A stretch of 64,000 nt of DNA from an uncultured delta proteobacterium. Lineage in GTDB: Bacteria > Bdellovibrionota > FAC87 > UBA2466. Position 1 is the first letter of the stretch, and every line of letters starts with the position of its first letter. The stretch spans positions 256,001-320,000 of the forward strand of contig CAVZSV010000004.1 of the NCBI GenBank assembly GCA_963778115.1, read 5' to 3'. The notes below the pieces were generated by a model, which did no database searches, was not told where the DNA came from, and saw only the letters and a list, made by a program, of their open reading frames with translations. Both the position numbers and the translations under genes were made by a program. This document shows positions 1 to 9,529 of this stretch, piece by piece.

Positions 1-672
1 AATAGTCCCAATAACCCCACCGGCGTTGTCTATCCCAAAGAAGATTTAATCCGTTTAGTAGGATGGGCGCTACAACGAAATCTGTGGATCCTCTCCGATG
101 AGATCTACGAAAAGATCCTCTACGACGGGGCCGAGCACGTGAGCATCGCTTCTTTGGGACCCGAAGTGAAAAGCCATACGATAACGGTCAGCGGCTTTTC
201 GAAAAGTCATTGCATGACAGGATGGCGGTTGGGTTGGGCTATCGCGGAAAAAGAGCTGCTCACTAAGATGACGGCGATGCAAAGTCAGAGTATCAGCCAT
301 GTTTCCAGCATCGTACAGATGGCAGCCATTACCGCTGCCAAGCTACCGCCTCATTATGTCTCCGACATGGTGGCCGCTTTCGAAAGACGTCGGCAGTTTT
401 GCATGGAAAGACTAAGTCGACTCACTGACTACTGCACTTACGTAAGGCCCAATGGAGCCTTCTATTTCTTTCTCAACTTCTCACGCTATCTGAGTGCTAA
501 GAAGATGAGTGACGTTGAACTCTGCCGAGACTTGCTAAGTAAAGCGCAGGTGGGCGTCGTGCCGGGATCTTCCTTTGGAAGGGAGAAGTCGGTTCGATTG
601 AGTTACGCCACGAATGAGGAAATCTTGGGTAAAGCATTTGATAGGATTGAAAAGTATCTAAAAAGTTCGTAG
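1..672 (+). CDS. PLP-dependent class I/II aminotransferase (aspartate aminotransferase-like), 5'-truncated by window edge
   Basis: Frame is open from base 1: NSPNNPTG, SDEIYE, SGFSKSHCMTGWRLG (PLP lysine), PNGAFYFF, VRLSYA. Confidence 0.9.
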   Translation, partial: NSPNNPTGVVYPKEDLIRLVGWALQRNLWILSDEIYEKILYDGAEHVSIASLGPEVKSHTITVSGFSKSHCMTGWRLGWAIAEKELLTKMTAMQSQSISHVSSIVQMAAITAAKLPPHYVSDMVAAFERRRQFCMERLSRLTDYCTYVRPNGAFYFFLNFSRYLSAKKMSDVELCRDLLSKAQVGVVPGSSFGREKSVRLSYATNEEILGKAFDRIEKYLKSS

Positions 673-779
673 GCCGCTCGACACGGCTGTACTGTTTTGG
701 GGGATACCGTTGGTTCCTGTCATTGCGATCGTAGCCGAAGCAACCCGTAATTCAAAGGACAGTGACAACCCATCGCGAA

Positions 780-2054
780 CTAATTCACTTCCGTAACCAA
801 TCGTTTCACCGTCTCCCATCTCAAAGTGATCGTACTAAATAACTGAATGGCTGCCGCATAATCATTGCCCGAGGCATATTTTAAAGCGGCGTCGATTTGA
901 GGGACCATGCCATCTAGCTCTAAGGATGCCGCTTCAAAGTTATTCACTTTCTTAAGCAGCTTCGTGAAATCCCCTTGCAAGGAAGCAAGCGCTTGCCGAT
1001 CCTTTTCATCGGATTGACTGAGAGCAGAACTATTTTTCACCGTCAAAGCCGCATCTACTGCCGCACTCTTGTCCACCGTATCGGCGTACAAAGATCCTAA
1101 TTCTGTGTTAACGGTGGCTAACTGTTCTTCCAATCCCTTCTTGTCGGGTTCGGCGGCAAGCTTTAACTGCGCTTGAAGCTTGGTTCGTTCAGAGGCCTTT
1201 GCGTTAAGCGCTTGAGTGGCCGCTTCGAGTTTCTCTTGAGCGTTACGTACAGGGGCGTTTAAAGCCTCCAAGCCGTCCTTTCGAGACTCTAAGGCCTTTT
1301 GTAGATTCAAAACTGCCGCTCGCTGATCGCTTAAGCTGTGAAGCAAACCATTATCCTTACTCCCGTTTAATTCCACTGCTAGTGTAGCTCTTAGTTTTGC
1401 TACGTTACCCTTCGATTTCGAAAGAACGTCAGTCAATGCTCCTTTTTGCTTCTTCACCAAGTTACTGGTTTCCAAAAGATCTCCGACACGATCGTTTAAG
1501 CCCTGTTCCAAAAGAGTGATCAATTTTTTCAAGACCCGATTTTGGCTAGATAACTGTTTGTTAGTAACTTCTTTTTCCGGGGTCACCTTTAAAGCGGAAA
1601 AGCTGCCGTTGGTAGCCTGAAGCTCGCAGTTTGCCGCATAGAAATCCCCGGAACACAGATCCCTCAGTTCCCATCCGTCCTTAGTTTTTTCAAGTTCACC
1701 GACCAAAAGACTCTGTTCAAAAAGATATAAGGTCGTATTCGAAGTCGAAACATCTTGGGAAGGCTCATAGGCGGTAAGACGCTTTTGAAAGCGTGGAGCA
1801 AGTCCTTGTGAAGGACACTGCCCTTCTCCTAGCTCCAGATACTTGGTGCTGTTGCCTTGAGTAAGTTGCGCACAGGTCTTGTCGCTACTTAAACTTGAAT
1901 TCTCAAGGCTTACATTACTCAACCAAGCCCTAGATTCGGGAGCTGCACCCGGGTTCGCCGACGAATTTCCTGAATTATTTCCGCAAGCTGTAATAAAAAG
2001 TGCGATCGTTGAAAAAAGGAACGAAAAGCTAAGCGACCTTAAGGCATGTCTCAT
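780..2054 (-). CDS. Hypothetical lipoprotein with long C-terminal coiled coil
   Basis: ATG 2054 after a GGGAGGGG RBS; hydrophobic stretch plus lipobox ITA-C; A/L/K/E/Q-rich heptad-like C-terminal half. Confidence 0.7.
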   Translation of the reverse strand: MRHALRSLSFSFLFSTIALFITACGNNSGNSSANPGAAPESRAWLSNVSLENSSLSSDKTCAQLTQGNSTKYLELGEGQCPSQGLAPRFQKRLTAYEPSQDVSTSNTTLYLFEQSLLVGELEKTKDGWELRDLCSGDFYAANCELQATNGSFSALKVTPEKEVTNKQLSSQNRVLKKLITLLEQGLNDRVGDLLETSNLVKKQKGALTDVLSKSKGNVAKLRATLAVELNGSKDNGLLHSLSDQRAAVLNLQKALESRKDGLEALNAPVRNAQEKLEAATQALNAKASERTKLQAQLKLAAEPDKKGLEEQLATVNTELGSLYADTVDKSAAVDAALTVKNSSALSQSDEKDRQALASLQGDFTKLLKKVNNFEAASLELDGMVPQIDAALKYASGNDYAAAIQLFSTITLRWETVKRLVTEVN

Positions 2055-2114
2055 TACCCCTCCCATGATTCGCCACTTTAGCCCCACCCGTCGCTCAGCG
2101 TCAAGACCCGTTCT

Positions 2115-3402
2115 TTAGAACGAGTTCCCTAGATCGACGTAGAAGAATTGCCCTTCAGGATTGACCGCCATATCGAGGCGGACGACAAAACGATTGCTCC
2201 AAATGAGTCGGGCTCCGAAGCCGGCCGAAGCGTGAAAGTCACCGAAACTAAGCGGAAGGACTGAAGGCCAGACTCGGCCAAAGTCGACAAAAGGAACCAA
2301 GCCAAAGGTGAAGTCCTGCTTGGCAAAGAGAAACTGCAAAGGGTCCCAGCGCATTTCCGCACCTACGACAAACCGGATTTTGTCGATGAAACGGTTGCCG
2401 TCGTATCCCCGTAGGAACCGTGAACCTCCAAAATCGAGAGTGGGATGAGAGCCTCCTGTAGCGTCTAATTCATAAAAGGGGATATTCCCCGAGAGATCTT
2501 CGAAGAAGACTCGAGTGGCTGAGAATCAGATCCCGGTGAAGCGGAAAGTACTGCCGATACGTATAAGTGAACCGCCAGAAGTTATAATCACTCCCCATAA
2601 AGGGAGGATACCAATATCCATAAAGCTCGTGAGAAGCGCCCCTCGAAGGATAAGGTTCGAAATCGGTGGTATCGCTAACAATCGCAAGCCCCACATAATG
2701 AGTCTTTCCCCCGCTGATTCCCAATGGGCTTTGCGACAAGAGTAGACTGCCCGGAGGGGCGTAGATTTGGGTCCATTTCAATCCAAAGATGGGTCCAAAG
2801 GTTATATGCGGGCCCAAGTAGCGTAACATTTGAAACGAAAAGGAAGGGCCGGCCCGTACGTTTTGGTACAGCGGATCACTATTGGTCACCCGACTCGCAA
2901 TGGACGGACTATTATTTCCAATTCCATAATAACGAAGCGCCACGTCGCGATCATAGGAAAGGCGACTGGTGATGCGAAATTTTCCGTCAAGCGCATGGGG
3001 AATATCTATTTTCACAAAGTGTTTATAGCGTCCCAGATCGCTCGCTAGCACTTGCGCTTCCAATTCGAATTTGTGGGGATCTTGTCGTCGAATATTCTGC
3101 AGCGCCACATGGACACCCAAGTTGAATCCGGAATCGGAGCTGGGAAAGATAAGAGGAATTCCCTGAATGGTCCAAGGATCGCCCCAAAGATCGAAGGCTT
3201 TTTTCTTTACGATGCGGTCTATTCGGCTAGCTACCTCTTCCGAAAAATCTGAGAACTTTTTACTCACCCCCAGAGATTGCGGATCGGTAGGGCTAGAGGA
3301 CGAAGAGTTACTGTTGCTCGTACTCGTAGGAGTATTCTGACCGGCGGCGGTTGCCAAGGCCGGTGAAGCTAGGAATGCCACCAAGATCAAAAAGAGATTC
3401 AT
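2115..3402 (-). pseudogene. Omp85/BamA-TamA family outer-membrane beta-barrel, split by a 1-nt frameshift near 2520 (real lesion or assembly error)
   Basis: Signal peptide MNLFLILVAFLASPALA. Removing one base near 2520 continues the frame into ATRVFFEDLSGNIPFYELD...LRGYDGNRF...FVDFGRVW...ASAGFGAR...LGNSF (RGY motif, terminal Phe). Confidence 0.8.
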
Positions 3403-4004
3403 TTGAAGGCACTTAAGGGAACGTCCGCAATGTCGTACTTTTCCCACCCTTTAAAATCAAAGTGCCACCACTCGGTGGGAAAGGGGACAAACCCCTCCTT
3501 AACCATCGCACTTTCCAAACGCTTGGAATTTTTTCGCGCTTTTCTACTGCTCTTCGCGTAATTCCGACTGGCCTTTTCAGAAAAATCGTCAAAGGCGGAG
3601 GGCATCTCAATTTCGTTTCCCGCAGAATCCACGATAGTCACATCGACAGCAGCCCCTCGATTGTGCCGGGACCCCTTTTGAGGATTGGCTACGTAGCGTT
3701 CGTCGGGGACCAACTCCCAAAACTTCTTTTGGACTGATAGAGGGCGATAGCAGTCCCAAACCTTAAGACTAAAACCCTGAAGCTTAATGGAGTTCTGAAC
3801 GCGCGCCAGTGCTTCAGCAACGGGTTTGCGCAAAATACATTTGGCTTCGGGGTAGACTACCCTCTTTGTGAAGTTATCACTCGTGGCATACTTCATATCC
3901 TGTTTAATGGTCACGTCTACTTTGGAGAGGTTCACAAAATCACTGACGTTCTGCGTGTCAGCAAACACCGCCGGCAGCAGCCATACCAAAAAGAGAAGTT
4001 TCAT
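3399..4004 (-). CDS. ddpX: D-alanyl-D-alanine dipeptidase, peptidase M15D (VanX/DdpX family), secreted
   Basis: DCYRP, SRHNRGAAVD, EWWHF zinc/catalytic motifs; N-terminal signal peptide. Confidence 0.9.
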   Translation of the reverse strand: MKLLFLVWLLPAVFADTQNVSDFVNLSKVDVTIKQDMKYATSDNFTKRVVYPEAKCILRKPVAEALARVQNSIKLQGFSLKVWDCYRPLSVQKKFWELVPDERYVANPQKGSRHNRGAAVDVTIVDSAGNEIEMPSAFDDFSEKASRNYAKSSRKARKNSKRLESAMVKEGFVPFPTEWWHFDFKGWEKYDIADVPLSAFK

Positions 4005-4063
4005 GCCGTGGCATGGTCCTCTGGAGTCCTTATGAAGTCAACTTAGGTAACGAGCCGATAACC

Positions 4064-4876
4064 CTAGAAAAGGTAGGTAAAACCGAAAAAGGTTCGGTTG
4101 GGGGTATCGTACTGGGCATTGAGAAAAACCCGTCGGGAAAGTTTCACCGCCACGGAGACGCTTTGGTAAAGGGTGGGAGCTTGAGATTGCGCGCTGGTTA
4201 TCAACTTAAGGCCAAAAATACCCAGGTAAACGGTAGAAGCCGCGGTTACCTGATAATTTGCCCCGGGCTTAGTGATGTCGGTAATCGCGGGCAAAAGAAA
4301 ATTCAGTTCGAAATTGTAACGTTTACTTTCACTGAATCCGATTCCCAAATCCGCTTGAGGAGAAGTATCAATATGGTAAAGCACGACACCCAAAGTGATA
4401 GGGCCGTCGAATCCCGAAAGAATGCCGAGATCCGTTTCCGGAGTGCCTCCAATAACGTTGGAGTCTCTAACAGCAAGTCCCATGGCCGCAGAGTAAGTCC
4501 GAAAACCTATTCCGGCATCGATTCCACTAATCGCGGACCCCTGATACGACCCCTCATAATTAACTCCCCAACCGAAACTTTTATCTCCGGAAGCAACGGA
4601 AAGACCGTACTCGTTGGCGCCGCTCCCGCCGGGGGGTGGACTAAAAGAGGCCGAAATACCTGAGACCTCTTCGGGCTGCGGAAGGGCCGCTGGATTTACT
4701 CCAACCGCGGTAAAGAGCGATGGGAAGATGATTCCCGAAGCGCTCGGGAACTCGTCGTGGATGCCGACTCCGAAATGGTTATTGAATTCGGCGTAGGCAT
4801 TGGCTGAAAAGGTTAGAACACCCACTACGATAACAAACATCCGGACTAAAAGATCGCGTACTTCCAATTGAAACAT
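4064..4876 (-). CDS. Hypothetical outer-membrane beta-barrel-like protein
   Basis: Signal peptide (ANAYA), NPAAL motif, Gly/aromatic alternating strands, C-terminal GFTYLF. Confidence 0.55.
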   Translation of the reverse strand: MFQLEVRDLLVRMFVIVVGVLTFSANAYAEFNNHFGVGIHDEFPSASGIIFPSLFTAVGVNPAALPQPEEVSGISASFSPPPGGSGANEYGLSVASGDKSFGWGVNYEGSYQGSAISGIDAGIGFRTYSAAMGLAVRDSNVIGGTPETDLGILSGFDGPITLGVVLYHIDTSPQADLGIGFSESKRYNFELNFLLPAITDITKPGANYQVTAASTVYLGIFGLKLITSAQSQAPTLYQSVSVAVKLSRRVFLNAQYDTPNRTFFGFTYLF

Positions 4877-4957
4877 CCGAAAACCCCCTCCTACTTCAAG
4901 GGCGACACTCGAATGTATGGATCGGCGCTTCCAGAATAAATCTTAAATTATGAGATG

Positions 4958-6208
4958 TTACGCCGCGTCAATGGCGGGACGACCGATCTTGGCGAGAAAC
5001 TCCACGAGAGTTTGGCGGGTGGCCTCTTCGAGATGGCGAAACTCCACTCCTCCGCTCCAAGGATGTTGGGCATCGGAGGTCTTGTGTCGATGCATGATCT
5101 GGCATTCAAAGGTGATCTGCGTCCAATGGCGGCCCAAAGGAAAACTTACAAATACCACATCCGCCACCTGAAATTCAGTGTCGCTACTAAACCCTAATCC
5201 GCCAATGGAGAGGTCTTTAACTTCAATATTGGCGATCGGCCCTTTTTCCTTCTTCATGAAGCCTTTAATGTGACAGCTAACGCGATCTCCCTGGCGACGA
5301 GAGTTGTTCAGAAAGTGGGATAGCCAGTGAATTGGATTCTCGGATCGCGCTGCAAAGAATACCGCTCCACTGTACATAAGCATTCCCAAGATCGAATAGG
5401 CGTTCCAGGAGATTTGGGATGGGTTGGTCAGGTACGTAATGATAAGGGCCCCCACCGGCATCATCAGTGTCATAAGAATGGTAGGAACCACTTTCGCATG
5501 GGCTGCCAGATATCGATAGCCATAGGCCATAAGACCCGTGGCCACAATTCCCAAATAGGCGACGTCGAGCCAGCGGTGGGTGCTCCAAGCGGAGATGGAA
5601 AAATCTTCCTGCATCATGGCAAACATCGCTGATAGCAACGAAGCCACCATCATAGACCAAAATGCGAGCCCTTTCGGTGAGTGAATCCAAAAGATTTTTT
5701 TACTAAATGCCATCCCCATTGCGCACAAAAAACTTGAGACCAGAAGTGCCGCCAATAGAATGAGATGATGTTCGGTGACCTTAGCGAAACCCGAAGTTCC
5801 CAGATAGAAGAGTATGGTACCTGCTGTGGTTAACAGCAAAAAGATTGGCCTATCGGTCCCTCGTCCGATACGGAACATCCAAAACCACAAAGGGATCATC
5901 GTGAAAGTCATCGCCGGAATCACTGATGGCAATTCCCTCAAAGCGGAAAAGTAGGTAATCGAAGGGAGCCAAAAACAGACAACTCCGATGGTAATCGCTG
6001 ATTGTAAAAGTTTGAGCGAAAGGTGGGGAACTCGTTTTTCAAAAACCGCCTGCATCACAAGTCCAACGAGAGCCGCGAAAAAGTATTGGGCCGAAATCGC
6101 CCAAAAAAAGGGATCGCCCTGAATACTTAAACGAGAAATGACTACCCATGTCGTGGAAAGAATCAGACCAACTACTACCGCGCTGATGGTTTGAACGGTC
6201 GAATTCAA
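4958..6208 (-). CDS. EamA/DMT-family membrane protein fused to a C-terminal PilZ domain
   Basis: About 10 hydrophobic helices, then RQGDR (RxxxR) and DLSIGG (DxSxxG) c-di-GMP-binding motifs and GGVEF. Confidence 0.75.
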   Translation of the reverse strand: MNSTVQTISAVVVGLILSTTWVVISRLSIQGDPFFWAISAQYFFAALVGLVMQAVFEKRVPHLSLKLLQSAITIGVVCFWLPSITYFSALRELPSVIPAMTFTMIPLWFWMFRIGRGTDRPIFLLLTTAGTILFYLGTSGFAKVTEHHLILLAALLVSSFLCAMGMAFSKKIFWIHSPKGLAFWSMMVASLLSAMFAMMQEDFSISAWSTHRWLDVAYLGIVATGLMAYGYRYLAAHAKVVPTILMTLMMPVGALIITYLTNPSQISWNAYSILGMLMYSGAVFFAARSENPIHWLSHFLNNSRRQGDRVSCHIKGFMKKEKGPIANIEVKDLSIGGLGFSSDTEFQVADVVFVSFPLGRHWTQITFECQIMHRHKTSDAQHPWSGGVEFRHLEEATRQTLVEFLAKIGRPAIDAA

Positions 6209-6408
6209 AGTGGGAAGTTCTCCAAAAAATTTGAGTGGTACAGCCGAAAGGGCTCGAAACGGTGGCTAGAAGCTACCCTATTAATGATACTCGAATTCGA
6301 AAAAGGTGCCTATAAACTTTGCCTAAAACCTTGAAAGCCAAACACCTTGGTGGACGCCCACTCCAGAGAGATTTAAAATAAAAGTCTCCCCACCTAAAAG
6401 GAGCCTCC

Positions 6409-8235
6409 TTGAACATTTTGGGCATATCCGCGTATTACCATGATAGCGCTGCGTGTCTTTTAACCGATGGACAGCTACTATCCGCGGCCCAGGAGGAGAG
6501 ATTCACCAGAAAACGCCACGACGCTGCATTCCCTATTAATGCCGTCCGCTACTGTCTAAACGCCCGGGGTCTTTCGCTTTCGCAAGTAGACGCGATTGCC
6601 TACTACGAAAAGCCGTTTTTGAAATTCGAACGCATCTTGGAGTCGGCTCTCGAAAACGCTCCGTTCTCTTATCCCATGGCGATTCGAGCCCTTCCCGTGT
6701 GGTTAAAGGACAAGTTATGGATGCGAAAAAACATTCAGAAAAGTTTAGAAACCCAATGCCCCATTTACTTTTGCGGACACCATGAATCCCATGCGGCGAG
6801 CGCATTTTTTCCGAGCCCTTTTTCGGAAGCGGCGACACTGACGATCGATGGAGTAGGCGAGTGGAGTACGACCACGTGGGGCATCGGAAAGAACAATCGC
6901 TTGGAACTGAAAGCCGAGATCCGTTTTCCCCATTCGCTAGGAATGCTTTACAGCGCGATAACGCAATACTTGGGATTCCGTGTTAATTCCGCCGAATACA
7001 AAGTGATGGGCCTTGCTCCTTACGGAGAGCCTAAATATGCAAACCTCATTAAAGACCATCTTATCCATATTTTCGAGGACGGCTCGTTTGCTCTCGATAT
7101 GGACTATTTCGCTTTCGAGCGTCGACAAAACACAATCACCGAAAAATTTGAGCACCTCTTTGGACGAAAGACTCGGCTTGGGGAAACCAAGCTGGAACCT
7201 TTTCACGCCGACGTGGCTAGAAGCATTCAGCAGGTCACTGAAGAGGTCATGCTGAAATTATCTCACCACGTCCATCGTCAAACGGGCCAAAAGGCACTCT
7301 GTCTAGCAGGAGGGGTCGCTTTGAACTGCGTGGGAAATGGGCGTGTCCTGCGGGATGGCCCTTTTGAAAAGGTGTGGATTCAGCCCGGAGCGGGTGATAG
7401 CGGAGGCGCCGTCGGTGCAGCCTATCTTGTCTGGCACCACGTCTATGAAAAGGCTCGGCCCGTCCCCTTTATCGACTCTCAATCGGGCTCCTATCTTGGC
7501 CCCGATTACACCGATATCGACATTGAGCCTGTGATCCGTAATTACGGTTTAGTCTTCCAAAGGTTCGAAGACATCTCTTTGGTACACGAAACAGCCCTTC
7601 TTTTAGATGCCCAGAAAATCGTCGGCTGGTTTCAAGGACGAATGGAGTTCGGCCCCCGCGCTTTAGGAAACCGAAGCATTCTAGGAGATGCCCGAAATAG
7701 CGAAATGCAAAAACGAATGAATTTAAAAATCAAATTCCGAGAGTCCTTCCGCCCTTTCGCCCCCAGTGTGCTGGCGGAGGATGCAGAGTCCTATTTTGCG
7801 TTGGATGCCGAAAGCCCTTACATGCTGCTCACCTGTCAGGTCGCCGGAGGGGTCATGAAAAGGCGCCAAGCCGTAGGCGATCGCTGGATGAGCGAATTAT
7901 TGGAAAACATTCCTAGCCGCATTCCCGCGGTAACCCACGTCGATGGTTCGGCGCGCGTCCATACCGTTCATCGTAAAACAAATCCCATCTTCTACGAATT
8001 ATTGAGAGCATTTAAGGAGCGATCGGGTAGTAGTGTTCTTATCAACACCTCTTTCAACGTACGCGGCGAACCTATCGTGTGCACTCCCGACGATGCGCTG
8101 AAGTGTTTTCTAAAAACCGACATCGACGCTCTGGTGATAGGCCACTACATCATCAAACGCAGCGATCAAATAGGTTCCGTATTAGACACGCTTCGCGAAA
8201 AACTTACCAAGGAAGCCCCCTTTGAACTCGACTAA
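6409..8235 (+). CDS. Carbamoyltransferase, NodU/CmcH (SxtI-like) family
   Basis: ILGISAYYHDSAA, EERFTR, HHESHAASAF, EYKVMGLAPYG, GRMEFGPRALGNRS, KFRESFRPFAP, NTSFNVRGEP. Confidence 0.93.
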   Translation: MNILGISAYYHDSAACLLTDGQLLSAAQEERFTRKRHDAAFPINAVRYCLNARGLSLSQVDAIAYYEKPFLKFERILESALENAPFSYPMAIRALPVWLKDKLWMRKNIQKSLETQCPIYFCGHHESHAASAFFPSPFSEAATLTIDGVGEWSTTTWGIGKNNRLELKAEIRFPHSLGMLYSAITQYLGFRVNSAEYKVMGLAPYGEPKYANLIKDHLIHIFEDGSFALDMDYFAFERRQNTITEKFEHLFGRKTRLGETKLEPFHADVARSIQQVTEEVMLKLSHHVHRQTGQKALCLAGGVALNCVGNGRVLRDGPFEKVWIQPGAGDSGGAVGAAYLVWHHVYEKARPVPFIDSQSGSYLGPDYTDIDIEPVIRNYGLVFQRFEDISLVHETALLLDAQKIVGWFQGRMEFGPRALGNRSILGDARNSEMQKRMNLKIKFRESFRPFAPSVLAEDAESYFALDAESPYMLLTCQVAGGVMKRRQAVGDRWMSELLENIPSRIPAVTHVDGSARVHTVHRKTNPIFYELLRAFKERSGSSVLINTSFNVRGEPIVCTPDDALKCFLKTDIDALVIGHYIIKRSDQIGSVLDTLREKLTKEAPFELD

Positions 8236-8641
8236 ATCAGAACTATTAAAACGTCGCCAATTTTTTGTTCTTCTGGCCCTTTTATTCGCTTCGGCGGGGG
8301 TTTGGCGGGCCCTTCATTCCAATGGTAACCGCGTCCCCTATTACTTTACGGCCTCAATACTTTTATTCCTTATCGAATTCGCTCTGCCTCAGATTGCAGC
8401 CAGTCTCTTTGCAGGGTGGATGAAATTTGCCCATTTTTTGGGAACCGTAAATACCTTTATCCTTATCACCCTACTCTACTTTTTTTTCTTAACCCCGATC
8501 GCAATTTTAAAGCGCGCCTTTTCTCGCAACTCCCCTTTCACGCGCAAAGCGTATCTTGCTCGTGGCTCTTCTTGGATCGAGCTTCCTTCAAACCACTCTA
8601 CGGCAGGCCTCTCAAAGGATCGTTACTTACATCCTTACTGA
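8222..8641 (+). CDS. SxtJ-family membrane protein
   Basis: WMKFAHFLGTVNTFILITLLYFFFLTPIA pattern; overlaps the carbamoyltransferase stop, the usual context. Confidence 0.75.
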   Translation: MNSTKSELLKRRQFFVLLALLFASAGVWRALHSNGNRVPYYFTASILLFLIEFALPQIAASLFAGWMKFAHFLGTVNTFILITLLYFFFLTPIAILKRAFSRNSPFTRKAYLARGSSWIELPSNHSTAGLSKDRYLHPY

Positions 8642-8652
8642 TTTAGGGGGGC

Positions 8653-9408
8653 TTACTCTTTGAAGCGGTAAACGTAATCGTCAGGGGTATTCATTTGGCG
8701 ATCTCTACCGGCCGATCGGAGTTCAAATCCATCTTCGGTGGGCGAGTATTGGTAGGCCGTTCCCCAAGGATCTAGGGAATCGTCTTGCCGTGCGGTCTTG
8801 TCGGTTTCCAAAACCTCTTGAAGTGTTTTCGGTAGTTCTCCCCGATCCACTTCATAGCTGCGAATACGATCCGCTAAGTCATCTATTTGATCATTGATCT
8901 GGGCCTGCTCCCGAAAGGGGTACATCACGGGGGCAAAGATACCCAGCCATCCACAGAACCCAAAGACCGCCACAAAACCAAATAGAGCCGTGCGGTAGGT
9001 TCCCGGTCCCGGTGACCGCAAAAGTCTTTTTCTCCAACTATCAGAAAGGTGCTGAGAGCCCGGCATGTCTCCCAGATCAGGGTCTGCTAAGGAAGTCGAC
9101 GAAGGCACCATCTCAGAGACGCGCTGCCCCCGATAGGCTTCCATGGCAGCTAAAAAAGCAGCCAAGGGGAGAAACCATCTGGCCTCGGAGATAAGCGTCA
9201 AAAGGGAGAAACCCACAAATAAGGCGGCTCCCCTGCGGTAATGCTTTTGGAACACCTGTCCAAGACCGGGAAGTCCAAGGCTCAGCAGAAATGCCGTTCG
9301 CCGCAGCTTTTCCAACGTTTTGGCGTCGGGAATTCCTACATTCTCAAAGGGATCGAGGGGTAAAGGGCTCTTATTCATTAGCGTTAGAAGAGACTTTGAA
9401 TTTATCAA
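8653..9408 (-). CDS. Membrane protein with C-terminal T2SS GspG-like domain
   Basis: N-terminal LPGLGQ TM hairpin; C-terminal DPWGTAYQY...FELRSAGRDRQMNTPDD resembles the GspG C-domain. Confidence 0.6.
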   Translation of the reverse strand: MINSKSLLTLMNKSPLPLDPFENVGIPDAKTLEKLRRTAFLLSLGLPGLGQVFQKHYRRGAALFVGFSLLTLISEARWFLPLAAFLAAMEAYRGQRVSEMVPSSTSLADPDLGDMPGSQHLSDSWRKRLLRSPGPGTYRTALFGFVAVFGFCGWLGIFAPVMYPFREQAQINDQIDDLADRIRSYEVDRGELPKTLQEVLETDKTARQDDSLDPWGTAYQYSPTEDGFELRSAGRDRQMNTPDDYVYRFKE

Positions 9409-9529
9409 GATTTGATTAGATTATCTCACAAATCTCGTATCTTGTAATTCTTGCCGGGATTAGGTAGTTTCTCTCGCATTTACTATTTCCTAAGGGAGCC
9501 CTGAAATTATTGAATCTTGCGATACTACG

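Noticed and set aside
3399..4004. Vancomycin resistance locus
   Set aside because: VanX-family peptidase alone, with a signal peptide; no vanH, vanA/B or vanRS
4013..4663. 216-aa plus-strand ORF, the 248-aa ORF at 13493-14239 and similar overlapping ORFs
   Set aside because: Antisense or alternative-frame shadows of better-supported genes
6409..8641. Saxitoxin biosynthesis cluster
   Set aside because: Only SxtI/SxtJ-like genes are present; no sxtA, sxtG or other pathway genes
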